Below, in pieces: positions 27,853-40,093 of a DNA stretch of 64,000 nucleotides. A program made the translations under genes and the position numbers. The stretch's first letter is position 1. Each line of letters starts with the position of its first letter. Origin of the DNA: Octopus sinensis (lineage: Eukaryota); contig NC_042997.1 of the NCBI RefSeq assembly GCF_006345805.1, positions 191,704,001 to 191,768,000 of the forward strand, given 5' to 3'. The notes under the pieces were generated by a model. That model had not been told where the DNA came from, searched no databases, and saw nothing but the letters and a program-made list of their open reading frames with translations.

Positions 27853-29574
27853 TTCATCTTAGTGAAGATCAAGTTCACTTCTTCAGCTTATCAAGTAAGC
27901 ATCTATAGCACTAACTCTCTCCCGTTCCCTTTCATAAGTAGAGTCTGAGAGACCTTTACTTTCGTTATCAATACAGAATATTTGACTTCACAAATTAATG
28001 AACATGGTAGACTTTTTAACAGAGGCATAGAAGAGATCATGAGAACACATTTTCAGATATTTCCTTTCAGTTTTCCATATAACATCAAAAACAATATATA
28101 ATAACGCAGAAGGTTGGGATAATCCACCCCACCCCCCGCCAAAAAAAAAAACAAAAACAATATATGCAAACATCAATAACGAAAGCCCAAGAAGAATGCT
28201 AGTTGTGCTAATCAGGAAGAACTATACATGCCTCTAACGAATATATCACAAGTTTATTTTAAGAGAAGAAAAATATTGATGTGGAAAAGGAATAAATTAA
28301 ATTTATACACACTTCTGTATACATACATACACATTTGTGTGTGTATGTATGTATATATAAGAAGATTTAATTTTTAATTGAATAGAAGATTAAGCTTTGG
28401 ATGCTTTAATTTGAGAATTTATAGCTTGGAATTCATGATTAATTATTTAATGGTAGAAAAATTATGCCAAAGAAAAAAAAAGGAAAAAATTACTTCTAAA
28501 TTTTAGTTTTAATTTCAAATATATATAAGAGACATATATAGGACATCTAAATAATACCCTCATATATGTAAATAAATAAGAAATAAGTAGAAAAGCATGC
28601 ATTCCTTGGAAAGCAACATAAAATCAATTTTTAAGCACAAGAAAAGCAAGCTGTCTTAAGCAAAACAGCTCTTAAAGATGTAATGTGTTCAGAGAACATT
28701 TCTTTTACAACTGCTGGAAGTGTGGATTCAGTGAGTAATTTCTAGCAATATTAATTGATACCAGTTAAAATATGAAAACCACAATTCAAGAATTCTAACC
28801 AATAAAATCTTGTAATGAGAAATAGTTTGACTTTGTTTATAACTAACTGAAATTCCCATAAAATGACTTATTTTAAATTAAGCATGATTCCAACATAGCA
28901 TCAAAGTAAGCTTTTAGAAATATTCTTTGTTGTACAGCAATCAACATTAACCATCATGAAAGCCTAATTATTTTCAATATATTTTCAGGAACCTAATTGT
29001 CTTTAAAGTCTATCAAGCTTTCACAGTTTCAGTAAAGGGACAATATGTAGGGAAGACAATGAAACAGTAGAGGAGTGACGGAGAGAGAGAAGCAAGGTGG
29101 TGTAAGATGAAGAATATATGGGAGAAAACGAAACTGATTTTATTTTAGTAGAAAATGTGAGGCTGTATTTTACTTTTGTGGGGTAGAAGAAGATAAAATG
29201 AGAATATGCCTTAATAAAACGAAAAATTCTATAAAGTAAAAATAAACCTTACTTTAAAATTGTTTCTAAAAAAATGTTTTTTTGATTTAAAAGATTTCTT
29301 TCATATTACCAAAAAAAAAAAAAAAGGAGCAAAAATACTTAAGACTAATTATTGAAGATGCAGATTTTAAGATATCATTGAAAGAATAACAGGATAAAAT
29401 ATGTTTCCTCTGTTATTGTGAATAAATAGTTCCACTGTTTTCTACCCATTTCCCAAAGTTTAATGAATAATTGCTTTATAGCCAGAGTATGATATATAAT
29501 AACATACAGTGCTTATAGTGATAAGAGATATTAAAGTGAATCTCAAGAGCAATTCTTATATATATATATATATA

Positions 29575-29810
29575 AATTTAGATTCAGATGAATTAGGTAC
29601 TTAAGTTGAGGCACCAGAATTTAGTACGGTATTATCCATACAATTTTGAAATAAGGTGATTAAAGTCAAAATAATCAACAGGATATCCAGAGGTAATGTA
29701 GTACAATCGTTTCAAAGCGACTTCATTTAAATGCAGAGCTATCTTAAATGGAGTTGCCTGAAATGATTGTACTGCATTACCTCTGGATATCCTGTTGCTT
29801 ATTTTGATTA
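29575..29810. mobile_element. (TA)n-inserted repeat with a long inverted repeat, possibly Penelope-derived
   Basis: Flanked by (TA)n; arms 29666-29730 and 29744-29807; homologous to 48520-48665 in the opposite orientation. Confidence 0.6.
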
Positions 29811-30372
29811 TATATATATATATATATAAATATATATATCAAATTCCAATAGTCGAAGATTAGTGTCACGATTGAAACTCAGAGTACCAAGGAGTTTGAT
29901 CCATATATATATATATATATATATATACGAGTGCGTGTGTGTGTGTATGTATGTATATATATATACACACACACACACACAAATACATGTGTGTATCAGT
30001 GTTTATATATAAAATATAAAGAGAGATACACAGATGTATAGATATACACGCTATTGGCTACCAATAAATGATATCCACTTCTATTATTAAAAGTTAATAA
30101 GAGTGATTTGTTTCTGCAATTCTAAAAGTTGATCCCTAACATAACTTGTTTGTGTGTATATGCATGTGAATATATAGTGTATATGTATTTATATATAGAA
30201 AACACATACCTACTATATATATACTCACATGCAACAATCTTAAAATAAATATATATGACAGTATATGTATGCATGTATATATGTGTGTAGGTGTGTGTGT
30301 GTATGTATGTATATATATATATATATATATATATACATACACACAAAAAGCCAACTAAGGTTCTCATAGTTG

Positions 30373-30378
30373 TTTATT
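30373..30378 (-). promoter_or_regulatory. Candidate polyadenylation signal of RBM33
   Basis: First minus-strand AATAAA I found after the stop codon (~0.72 kb downstream), followed ~20 nt later by GU-rich TTGGCTTTTGTGTGT. Confidence 0.35.
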
Positions 30379-30774
30379 GCTGTTCACCATGACTGTCTTT
30401 AAAACAGGAACTTAAATATTAGGGAATGCGTTGCTGCTATGAGGGATATGATTATCACAACTAAAACATTTGCACACACACACACATACAATATACACAC
30501 AGACCTTTATATAATATATATATGCACACATACATATATATATAACACAACTGTGTATGTGTCTGTGAGTGTATATACATATAAGTGTGTTTTTATGTCA
30601 AGCTATATATAAAAACGACATTAAAGTTAATATATATATATATTCACCACACAATCTATTTAATATATATTAAATATAATATTATATAATCATAAAATAT
30701 AATATCTATATATTAAATATTATATATATATATATTTACAAATACATATAAACATCTATAATGTTATATATATA

Positions 30775-30810
<36 letters not shown>

Positions 30811-31092
30811 TCATAGATGTGTGTATTTGTATATATACTGACACACACAATACCAACTCATGAGCATCATTATGAAAACTAACTGAAATTTAGCAATATT
30901 CAGCACAAATAATCAGACATTGTGAGGCATGGAAGATCTGAGGAGCACAACAAAAGACACCTGATATAAAGACTCACTTAACTCTTGGCAGAGTACAATA
31001 GCCACTAACCTTTTAGTTAAAACTGTAATTATTTCTCTGGTGATCAAATAGATGGCAAGATTAACCCTCGGACCTCTGAACGGTTGAGGATA

Positions 31093-31144
31093 TCACGAGG
31101 CAGGTAGGACTGTAACATTGATGTGTGATAAGTCCAACATATGC
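31093..31144 (-). CDS. RBM33: RBM33-like, last coding exon (end of RRM)
   Basis: Polypyrimidine tract + TTTCAG, then (R)HMLDLSHINVTVLPAS*; matches the RBM33 C-terminus as I recall it (RHMIDLSHINV); phase 2. Confidence 0.93.
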
Positions 31145-31299
31145 CTGAAATGTACAAAAAAAAAAAAGGATGTTAAAATTTGTAAACAAATGGCTTTTCA
31201 AATTTTTTATTTTTCTTGAACCATAAAACTCATAAGGTCAGTTACCTGGTCTTCAAGATGTCATGTAAAAAGCACTGCTGCTGTGCCTTGTTAAAAGTT

Positions 31300-31603
31300 T
31301 TTTATTTATTTATGCCCCCTTTTCAAGCCTAACCAGGCTCATGGGCCCGGTTTCCCGGTTTCTATGGCGTATGTGTTCCCCCCAGCTGGACGGGACACCA
31401 GTCCATTGCAGCGTTACTCAAGAAACAGAAAGAAAGAGAGAAAGTTGTGGCGAAAGAGTACAACAGGGGTCACCACCCCCCACTGCCGGAGCCTCGTGGA
31501 GCTTTAGGTGTTTTTGTTCAATAAACACACACAACGCCCGGTCTGGGAATCGAAACCGCGATCCTCCAACCACGAGTTCGCTTCCCTAACCACTGGGCCA
31601 TTG
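31300..31603 (-). mobile_element. SINE family B
   Basis: Reverse strand CAATGGCCCAGTGGTTAGG..GGTTTCGATTCC; (TAAA)n tail. Confidence 0.85.
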
Positions 31604-31799
31604 CCATGTTAAAAGTAGACTCCGTAAAGTGGTTGGTGTTAGGAAGGGCATCCAACTATAGAATCCAAGCCAAATCAGACTATGGAACATGGCGTGGCTG
31701 CTGTCAAGTCCATGCCAGCATATAAAAAGGATGTTAAATGATGATGACAAAAGGCGACCAAGATCACAACAATCTCCCTAAACAAGATGCCAGACCATT

Positions 31800-32006
31800 G
31801 CAGGGTTCAAGACCAGCAATTTTGAGGGAAGGGGACAAGTCAATTACATTGACCCCAGCACTTGACTGGCACTTCATTGTATCAACCTCAAAGGGTTGAA
31901 AAGAAAAAGCTGACATAAGTGGAATTTGAACTTAGAATGTAAAGAACCAGAAGAAATGCTGCAAAGTGTCTTGTCCAGCATGCTAACAATTTTGCCAGCT
32001 TGCCAC
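31800..32006 (-). mobile_element. Meta-domain SINE (family C), diverged
   Basis: Reverse strand GGCAAGCTGGCAAAATTGTTAGCATGCTGGAC head. Confidence 0.75.
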
Positions 32007-32378
32007 TTTTGGTTCATCGGTGAGCATATTTAGATTAATACAGTACAAAAAAAAACATTGCAGTATTTCTAATGTTTATTTATCCAAAGCAAGTGTGATA
32101 AATCAAAGACAAACTTTCAATATCTGTGCACATGTGCATGCAGTTGTTTTGACTTCAAACCATGGGCAAAGAAACTTCTTTGTTTTTAATGGGTACCTGC
32201 ATCCTGTCAAATTGACACAGAAAAAGAATAAATGTTACGACTTATTCTTTTACGCCTAAACTGAAATGATGGTGCTTGGGGGATGGGGCGGGGTGAAGGT
32301 GGGAGAAGGGTCTTGTTAAAAAATCTATATTTGTAGTTTTATCACAAATGGAATAATTCAGCAATTACAATGCTAATT

Positions 32379-32575
32379 TCATCATCAACATTTAACGTCC
32401 GCTTTCCATGCTAGCATGGGTTGGACGATTTGCCTGAGGACTGGCAAACGAGATGGCTGCACCAGGCTCCAATCTGATATGGTAGAGTTTCTACAGCTGG
32501 ATGCCCTTCCTAACGCCAACCACTCCGAGAGTGTAGTGGGTGCTTTTACGTGCCACCGTCTGGCGGTACTGGCAA
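32379..32575 (-). mobile_element. RTE 3' end
   Basis: CATCATC..TTTAACGTCCGCTTTCCATGCTAGCATGG..GGATGCCCTTCCTAACGCCAAC. Confidence 0.85.
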
Positions 32576-32689
32576 TTTTGCATCATAGGACAAAGGGCGG
32601 CCTCAGGCAGGTTGTTTTCAAAATGAATAAACTGGCTGATGTGTTAGACCAAAATGAAAAGAACCGTGATAGGCACAGGCATGGCTGTG

Positions 32690-33057
32690 TGGCAAGAAGT
32701 TTGCTGCTCATCCGCATGGCTTTCAGTTCTACTATAGCCCAAGGCCAACCAAATTCTTGTGAGTAGATTTAGCAGACGGAAAATGAGAGAAGCCTGTCAT
32801 GTGTGCATGCACAGGTGTGTGTGTGTGTGTGTGTGTGTATGTTATTGTCTCCTTGCCTTAACAATGCATCATCAAGTGTGTCATCATCATGCATGTAACA
32901 CTGTTTGTGCCAAATCTTTTGTGAAAACATATCTGGTCATGTCCAAATATTATCTTATTTGAAAACAGGTGAGGACTGATGAGAGGAAGGGCATCCAACC
33001 ATAGAAAATCTAGCTCATTTTAGCATGGAAAAGTGGACATTATGATGATGATGATGA
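32690..33057 (+). mobile_element. Family A-headed SINE ending in an RTE-derived tail
   Basis: GGCACAGGCATGGCTGTGTGG head; ends AGGAAGGGCATCCAACCATAGAAAATC..AGCATGGAAAAGTGGACATT(ATG)n. Confidence 0.75.
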
Positions 33058-33112
33058 TTTGCTTCAGTGGCACAGGCATTGAAGTTGTTGACCAGTTAGA
33101 AAAAGAGTGCAA

Positions 33113-33495
33113 TTTAAATGAAAACACATATCCGAACGTGATCAATGCTAGGGCCACCTAACTGGCTCCAGTGCCAGTGGCACGTAAAAAGCACCATCCG
33201 AAAGTGAAAGGTGCCAGTGTCCCCTGACTGGCTCTCATGCTGGTGGTACATAAAAAGCACCATCTGAATATGAACAATGCCAGGGCCACCTGACTGGCTC
33301 CTGTGCTGGTGACATGTAAAAAGCACCCACTACACACTTGCAGTGGTTGGTGTTAGGAAGGGCATTCAGCTGTAGAAACATTGCCAGATCAGATTGGAGC
33401 CTGGTGCAGCCACTGGCTTTCCAGACCTCAGTCAAACTGTCCAACCCATGCCAGCATGGAAAACGGATGCTAAACGATGATGATGATGATGATGA
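33113..33495 (+). mobile_element. RTE 3'-UTR fragment with 3-4 repeat modules
   Basis: RTAAAAAGCACC modules, then AGGAAGGGCATTCAGC and a (GAT)n tail. Confidence 0.85.
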
Positions 33496-34172
33496 CATGT
33501 ATGTTTGAACAAAGCTAAGATTCTGCAATGTAAGAAGTGGATAATTAGAGGAAAGGAGAGTATTTATTGACCTTCAACACACACACACACAAAACAAACT
33601 TTAAAACATAGACGTTATCTTTAGTTCTTAGCAGGATGAATCTATTCAAGATTGAGCTTTTCACGAAAGAAATCTCGCTTATGTAAACCTCTTACGACTT
33701 GGTACAAAGGAGAAGGAATTTCTTTAACATTTTCCTCTTTTATTCCCATTCCTTTCAGTACTTGCCAATTCATCATCATCATCATCATCAATTAACATCC
33801 GTTTTCCACGCTGGGATGGGTTCGATGATTGACAGAAGCTGGCCACCTGGGAAGCTAATCCAGGTTCCAATTCGTCTACTTTAGCATGGTTTCTATGGAT
33901 GGAGGCCCTTCTTAATGCCAATCATTTTACAGAGTGAAGGGTGATGCTTTTTATGTGGCACCAGCACCAGTGCATTTTACATGGCACAGGTGCTTTTTAT
34001 GTGACCCATTACAGTGCTATTTCTGCATCATTAATGTCTTTCGTTTAATTTTAGTGTAATAACCAATACTTGTTTAGAAATTTCATTTCTCTTCAGAAAA
34101 TAAATTTCTAACGACATGCTAAATCTTTACTTGCTTCATACTTCAGACTGCTGCCATGCTGGGGCACCACCT

Positions 34173-34567
34173 TACTCTTTACTCTTTAACTTGTTTCAGT
34201 CATTTAACTGCAGCCATGCTGGAGCACCGCCTTTAGTCGAGTAACTCGACCCCAGGACTTATTCTTTGTAAGCCTAGTACTTATTCTATCGGTCTCTTTT
34301 GCTGAACCTAAGTTACGGGGACATAAACACACCACCATCGGTTGTCAAGTGATGTTGGGGGATAAACACAGACACACAAACATATAAACACACATACATA
34401 TATACGACGGGCTTCTTTCAGTTTCCGTCTACCAAATCCACTCACAAGGCTTTGATCGGCCTGAGGCTACAGTAGAAGACACTTGCCCAAGGTGCCACGC
34501 AGTAGGAATGAACCCAGAACCATGTGGTTCATAAGCAAGCTACTTACCATACAGCCACTCCTGTGCC
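34173..34567 (-). mobile_element. SINE family A, full length, nested in an older copy
   Basis: Reverse complement of 2630-3038; the older copy continues at 34570-34860. Confidence 0.9.
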
Positions 34568-34915
34568 TTGAAGAGTTTAGTTGAACAAATCAACCCCAGT
34601 ATTTATTTTTAAATCTGGTACTTATTCTACCAGTCTCTTTTGCTGAACCTGTAACTAACAGGGACATAAACAAATCAACACAGGTTGTCAAGTGGTGGCA
34701 AGGGACAAGCACAAAGATACATACACACCAGATTCACTCACAAGGTTTGGTTGACCGGGGACTTGAGTAGAAGACACTTGTTCAAGGTGCTATGTGAAGG
34801 GATTGCACCCAAAGCATGTGATTGGAAAGGGGGCTTCTTAGCAACATTTGCATGCCTGTGCCCCTATAATAGCAAAACAATATTAAATATAACTATCAAA
34901 AATTTAGATACTCAC

Positions 34916-35004
34916 CTGTGAAATTTTTTGAAGAATTTTTGGGCTTGATCACCAGTCCTGAATCGTATCAAAGCTTTGCGCTGGCTTTTCAGCAGTTGTA
35001 ATGA
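34916..35004 (-). CDS. RBM33: RBM33-like coding exon (RRM)
   Basis: TTTTTCAG|SLQLLKSQRKALIRFRTGDQAQKFFKKFH(R)|GTGAGT; resembles RBM33 SLQML..QRKA..KF..FH; phases 0/2. Confidence 0.93.
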
Positions 35005-35432
35005 CTGAAAAAAAAAATGCAAAAGACATCTAAGTTTGTCACTTAGCTAATTTGTAAGCAACCCCATAAGCCCAAATTACTTGTATCTTACTCTATGCAA
35101 GTGTGAGGTGTATCCTGAAGCAGACATCCATTACCAAACACCTATCATGGATACACATTACCCAATGCTCCAATTTTATTAAAATTTCTATGTAATTTTC
35201 AAATATGGAACAAACACTGCTTAAGATGCTATAATTTTTTTTTTCTTCTGAGAGTACATTTTTAATTGAATTTGAAGTCTTTAGTAATAAAATATTGGAG
35301 GTATGAAATTGTGAAAGTAAAAGCAAGCATAAACATGCATGTGTACCATATTCAAGGATTCAAAATTTTATTGGAAATAAAAAAAAAAAAAATAAAAAAA
35401 AACTGGAAGTTACTTCTGATAAATGTAAAAAG

Positions 35433-35687
35433 GTGGAGGCACGTGTCTTAGTGGTTAGGGTGTCAGCATCATGATTGTAAGATTGTGGTTTCGATTCCTG
35501 GACCGGGCGACGCGTTGTGTTCTTGAACAAAACACTTCATTTCACATTGCTCCAGTTCACTCACCTGGCAAAAATGAGTAACACTGATGGACTGGCGCCC
35601 CGTCCAGTTGGGGAACACATACACCATTGAAACCGGGAAACCGGCCCATGAGCCTAGTTAGGTTTTAAAAGGGCGCACTTATTTATT
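35433..35687 (+). mobile_element. tRNA-derived SINE (family B-like head) with 13-bp TSD
   Basis: GGAGGCACGTGTCTTAGTGG..GGTTTCGATTCC; TSD TAAATGTAAAAAG at 35420-35432 and 35688-35700. Confidence 0.9.
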
Positions 35688-35699
35688 TAAATGTAAAAA

Positions 35700-36480
35700 G
35701 ATATCAAAACAACCAAACAAAATACATGTCCTGGTTGAAAATAATCTATAAATGTTAATCCAAAGCTCATATTGTCTTTTGGTCATGAGGAAGGGACAGT
35801 GTTCATGGACTTCACAGATCCTCCAAGATCAGTAAGATAAACACATTTTCCTAAAACTGTTGTAAATTGATGACTGCAGGAAAGATATGCAAGATAGAAA
35901 TTTCAGAGTTCTATTTCTGGGAAGGAAGGTTTAAGTGTAGCTATTAGATGCCTGTGTGTGCATTGGACAAGAATACAAGTAAAGGATGAAGTAAGTTAAT
36001 GTAGAAAGCAGAGGGATGCAAAAGATTTAGTTTTTGCATGGTGAAATCATTGAGAAGGATGAAGAAGGATAGATGCCCTCAATATAGGAAGAGATGTGGT
36101 TGTAAAGTTGTTGGTAGTTTGAGGAATATATAGAATGGTCAAGGAAACAGATATATTTAGAGAAGTGTGGGAGAAAGATAAGTGGCAGAGAGAATATGCA
36201 GACATGACCTTTTTTCTTGTGAAGTTTGAGTAAAGAGTGTATTCCGGGGAGCAGAGATGGACAATAAATAGGGATTGAGAGATTTTGAGTCTATGATAAG
36301 AGGAGGAGATTGGATTTGCATTTTTGTAAGAGGTACTTTTGAGGTCAAAGTTGATTCAGAATTCATGAACAATTGATGAGGGAAAATCAACAAAGGGGTC
36401 ATAGATAATATAGGAAACAGAGTTATTGTCCTTATTTTAAAGTAGATGGCACAAACCCCAAATCGACAAATTAAAAGATC
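35700..36480 (-). mobile_element. Old CR1/Jockey-group LINE 3' fragment
   Basis: Degenerate C-terminal motifs SNSYT..FLPRNRTL and FPAVINLQQF; heavily mutated. Confidence 0.5.
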
Positions 36481-36950
36481 TGCACTAGCTTGAGAGGAAC
36501 AAATTTAATGTGGTTTGTTAGATAAGGAAGATAAAAGGAAACTAGATAGAAGTTAGGAAAGAAACTGGTCATGAAAGACACTATCTGATGTATGTAAGAA
36601 AATGATACAGTGTCTTTAGATATGTAAACTTAGAAAAGAAACGCTAAGGATGATAATTAAGAAATAAATAGCCAGCCAAATAAACCAGAGATGAAGTAGT
36701 TAGAAATTGTATTTTGATTAAGTGTTCAGATGCAAATTAAAAAGGTGAAATGAATTTTAGACCTGTTCAACCCACACTACTATGGAAAACTGAATGGTAA
36801 ATGATGACAAGGTATAAAAATTGAAACATCCAATATAGAATAAGTAAAATATTTCAAAGATTATTTCACTTCGTTTAGTTTTAAATGACAAAGATGCAAA
36901 TGGCAGAGCTGTAGGAGATGGAAAGAAGTAGAGAGAGAATGAAATAGCAT

Positions 36951-37771
36951 AAACCCTTTAACATTCAGATTACTCTGTCCAACGTGATGCTTATTCATTC
37001 ACATTGTTTTGAATTAATCATGCATTATGTTGTAGCTTTGAGATTTTCAAATGATGAAATGATGACTGCTTATTTTTAGAAGGAATACACTCTTTACACA
37101 AACTTCACAAGAAAAAAGGTCACGTCTGCGTATTCTCTCTGCTACTTATCTCTCTCCTACACTTCTCTAAATATACCCGTTTCCTTGACCATTCTCTATA
37201 TTCCTCAAACTACCAACAACTTTACGACCATATCTCTTCCTATATTGAGGGCATCTATCCTTCACCATGCAAAAACTAAATCTTTTGCATCCCTCTGCTT
37301 TCTACATTAACTTACTTCATCCTTTACTTGTATTCTTGTCCAATGCACACACAGGCATCTAATAGCTACACTCAAACCTTCCTTCCCAGAAATAGAACTC
37401 TGAAATTTCTATCTTGCATGTCTTTCCTGCAGTCATCAATTTACAACAGTTTTAGCAAAATTTGTCTATTTTACTGATCTTGGAGGATCTGTGAAGTCCA
37501 TGAACACTGTCCCTTCTTCATGAACAAAAGGTAATATGAGCTTTGGATTAACATTTATAGATTATTTTCAACCACATGACATGTATTTTGTTTGTTTGTT
37601 TGTTTGATATCTATTTACAGAAGTAAACTTCCATTTTGTTTTTGTTTTTTTTCTCCAATAAAATTTTTATTGTAGGGTAGGTGTAAGAGGCTGCAGCATC
37701 TGGCTAGTTTGAATGTAAAACAGGTAGAATATTTAGGCCGGATATGGCCATTTTGAATACTAAAGGGATAA
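36951..37771. mobile_element. piggyBac-type MITE (family 1) split by a ~590-bp insertion
   Basis: Left half 36951-37081 and right half 37669-37771 join into the sequence seen intact at 52043-52269. Confidence 0.85.
37082..37668. repeat. Inverted copy of 35362-36246 (without the SINE at 35433-35687)
   Basis: Long runs of exact reverse complementarity, e.g. GGACTTCACAGATCCTCCAAGATCAGTAA versus TTACTGATCTTGGAGGATCTGTGAAGTCC. Confidence 0.95.
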
Positions 37772-37790
37772 ACTGTGAATGAACGGTTAC

Positions 37791-37913
37791 CTCCACATGT
37801 CCACAAGACTTTGCCATTTGGTGCATAGTTCTCTCAGTTGTAGAAGAAGAAAGATTGTCAACAGCAATCATGGTAGCTTTCTTAATCTTTTGATTACCAT
37901 CTCCATCAGTACG
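37791..37913 (-). CDS. RBM33: RBM33-like coding exon (start of RRM)
   Basis: TTTTATTTAG|RTDGDGNQKIKKATMIAVDNLSSSTTERTMHQMAKSCGHVE|GTAACC; RNP2-like IAVDNL plus LSSSTT as in RBM33; phases 0/0. Confidence 0.93.
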
Positions 37914-38262
37914 CTAAATAAAAAAAATAACATTACATGTAGACATCATCTCATTTAATTTCAAATAGCTTTAAGAAAACAAAGAAACTACACAGGGCAG
38001 GTGTTGATGCTTTGCAATTTATATGTTTTATCTGTTATTTTCAACCAAGCTATCACAACAGGTGTTGTCATTCTTTTATTATATCTAGGTCAACATTGTC
38101 CAATACACCTTTTGACTGTAGGGTGTGATTTGAGGGTCATTTGGCTTGCTAGAAATAACAGCCAAATATTTCTCAAATCACACCCTTCCTTCTTAAATAT
38201 GGAAAGAACACAGACAATTTAATTCTATGTAAGCCACAAAGATGAGAGGTTCATGGCTTCTT

Positions 38263-38585
38263 TCATCATCATCATCATTGTTTAACGTCCATTTTCCGTG
38301 CTAGCATGGGTTGGACAGTTCGACCGGGGTTTGGGAAGCCAGGAGGCTGCACCAGGCTCCAGTCTGATCTGGCAGTGTTTCTATAGCTAGATGCCCTTCC
38401 TAACGCCAACCACTCTGTGAGTGTAGTGGGTGCTTTTTATGTGCCACCCGCACAGGTGCCAGGGGAGGCTGGCAGCAGCCACGATCGGTTGGTGCTTTTT
38501 ACGTGCCACCAGCACAGAAGCCAGTCAAGGCGGTGCTGGCATCGGCCACGTTCAGATGGTGCTTTTTACGTGCCACTGGCACAAG
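38263..38585 (-). mobile_element. RTE 3'-UTR fragment with 3 modules
   Basis: Matches 45531-45850. Confidence 0.85.
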
Positions 38586-39228
38586 TATCACAACTACTAT
38601 TTCCATTTGATATTCATGTCAAAATTTATTTCTCCTCCTTCCTTGAAATATCTGAAATACCTAGGAAAAGCTATCTACCCTTACTTCTCAAAAAGATGTG
38701 TCTGCACAGATGAAGCTCCTTGCTTTCACCTATTATCTTCTTATTCTGTTGATAACTAAGACTTTTTTAGCTCAATACTGGTGGTATGGCTGTGTGGTAA
38801 GAAGTTTGCTTCCCAACCACTTGGTTTCAGGTTCAGCCCCACTATGTAGCCCATGGGTGTCTCCTACTATAGTCCTGGGCTGACCAAAGCCTTGTGAGTG
38901 GATTTGGTAGATTGGAAACTGAAAAGAAACCCATCATAAGTATGTAAGCTAGCAATTAAGCTAGTTATAAAAGTGAAATGGCTACAAAGGGGTGGTAGGT
39001 TGACTCCCTTTTGATGCTCTCCTCACCATAATGGCAGCTCTCAGTGAGTGTTGGCAGGTAGCACATAAAAGCATCCATTACACTCTTGGAGTGGTTGGCA
39101 TTAGGAAGGCCATCTAACTGTAGAAAACCATGCCGAACCAGACTGGTGTCTGGTGTAGCCTTCTAGCGTGCCAGCCCGGTCAAACCGTCCAACCCATGCC
39201 AGCATGGACAATGGACGTTAAATGATGG

Positions 39229-40093
39229 TATGTTTATATATATGCATATGTTTTATTTATTAATATATTATATGACGAAACACACGCATCCCTTTTTAAG
39301 TAAGATTGTTCTTGCTATTAAGTTTTGTTCTTGATATTAACTTTGATGCGCACTCTTAACCTTTCTGTCCCATCCCTTTCTCAGTCTTCATTCTTTGATT
39401 TCCTTTTCCTCTACTTAACTTGTCTCTCCCTCTCTCTCATTCTTCACTCTCTCTCTCCCCCTCTCTCATTCTTCATGGTTTCCTCACAACCATTCCCCTT
39501 CTTCTCTCCCTTTCTCTTGCTCCTCCTCCCCCCTCCCATCGTTGACCCGCGACGAGACTTCCGCTACTGTCTTTCTAGCCTAACCCTCTCGAGGTGTGGA
39601 CGGCAATTCTTTTTGCTCCGTTCGTCGTTCACAAAAAAATCCGCGTTTGTAATACTTTTTACGTTCGGCGTTAACAGCCCTTCTTATCTTGTTTTTCCTT
39701 GTCCTGTCTTTTACTGTTTATAATTTGTACTGTCCTGTTTTTGTTACCATTTTTTACCCCTCTGCAAAAAGATCTCAAAATTTTAATTGATTTGCTTTTC
39801 GCAGGAAGGAAAGTTTCTTGTCGAAGATACGTCTCGCTTTCACCTTCGAAACGTAGAGTAGATGAAAACATAGCGACTGAAGAAGGGTTTTTTTCTTTGT
39901 GTTAATTGTCCTGTACTCTATTTTTTTGTTGTTTAAAAAAATGTCCAGTTCCTTGGGTTTGTGTCTATGTTTTCGTTTCTCATTGTGTTCGACGTCTTTT
40001 TGGTGTCCTGTACTCATATATGCGTGTATATGTACATGTAGAGGTAGGTACGTACATATATGTTTATATATATGCATATGTTTTATTTATTAA
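39229..40093 (+). mobile_element. CpG-rich Penelope-like non-autonomous element with a 35-bp terminal direct repeat
   Basis: TATGTTTATATATATGCATATGTTTTATTTATTAA at 39229 and 40059; pyrimidine-rich body; hammerhead-like remnant AAGG..CCTTCGAAACGTA at ~39800-39858. Confidence 0.55.

Noticed and set aside
14564-30367. Many YIYI/CVCV/THTH ORFs
   Set aside because: Translations of dinucleotide microsatellites
7900-31000. Hedgehog exon expected from vertebrate RBM33-SHH linkage
   Set aside because: No hedgehog-like coding sequence seen downstream of RBM33 in this window
32975-33010. CTGATGA...GAAA hammerhead-like string
   Set aside because: No stems I-III can be formed; it is a mutated copy of the GGTTGGTGACAGGAAGGGCATCC SINE tail
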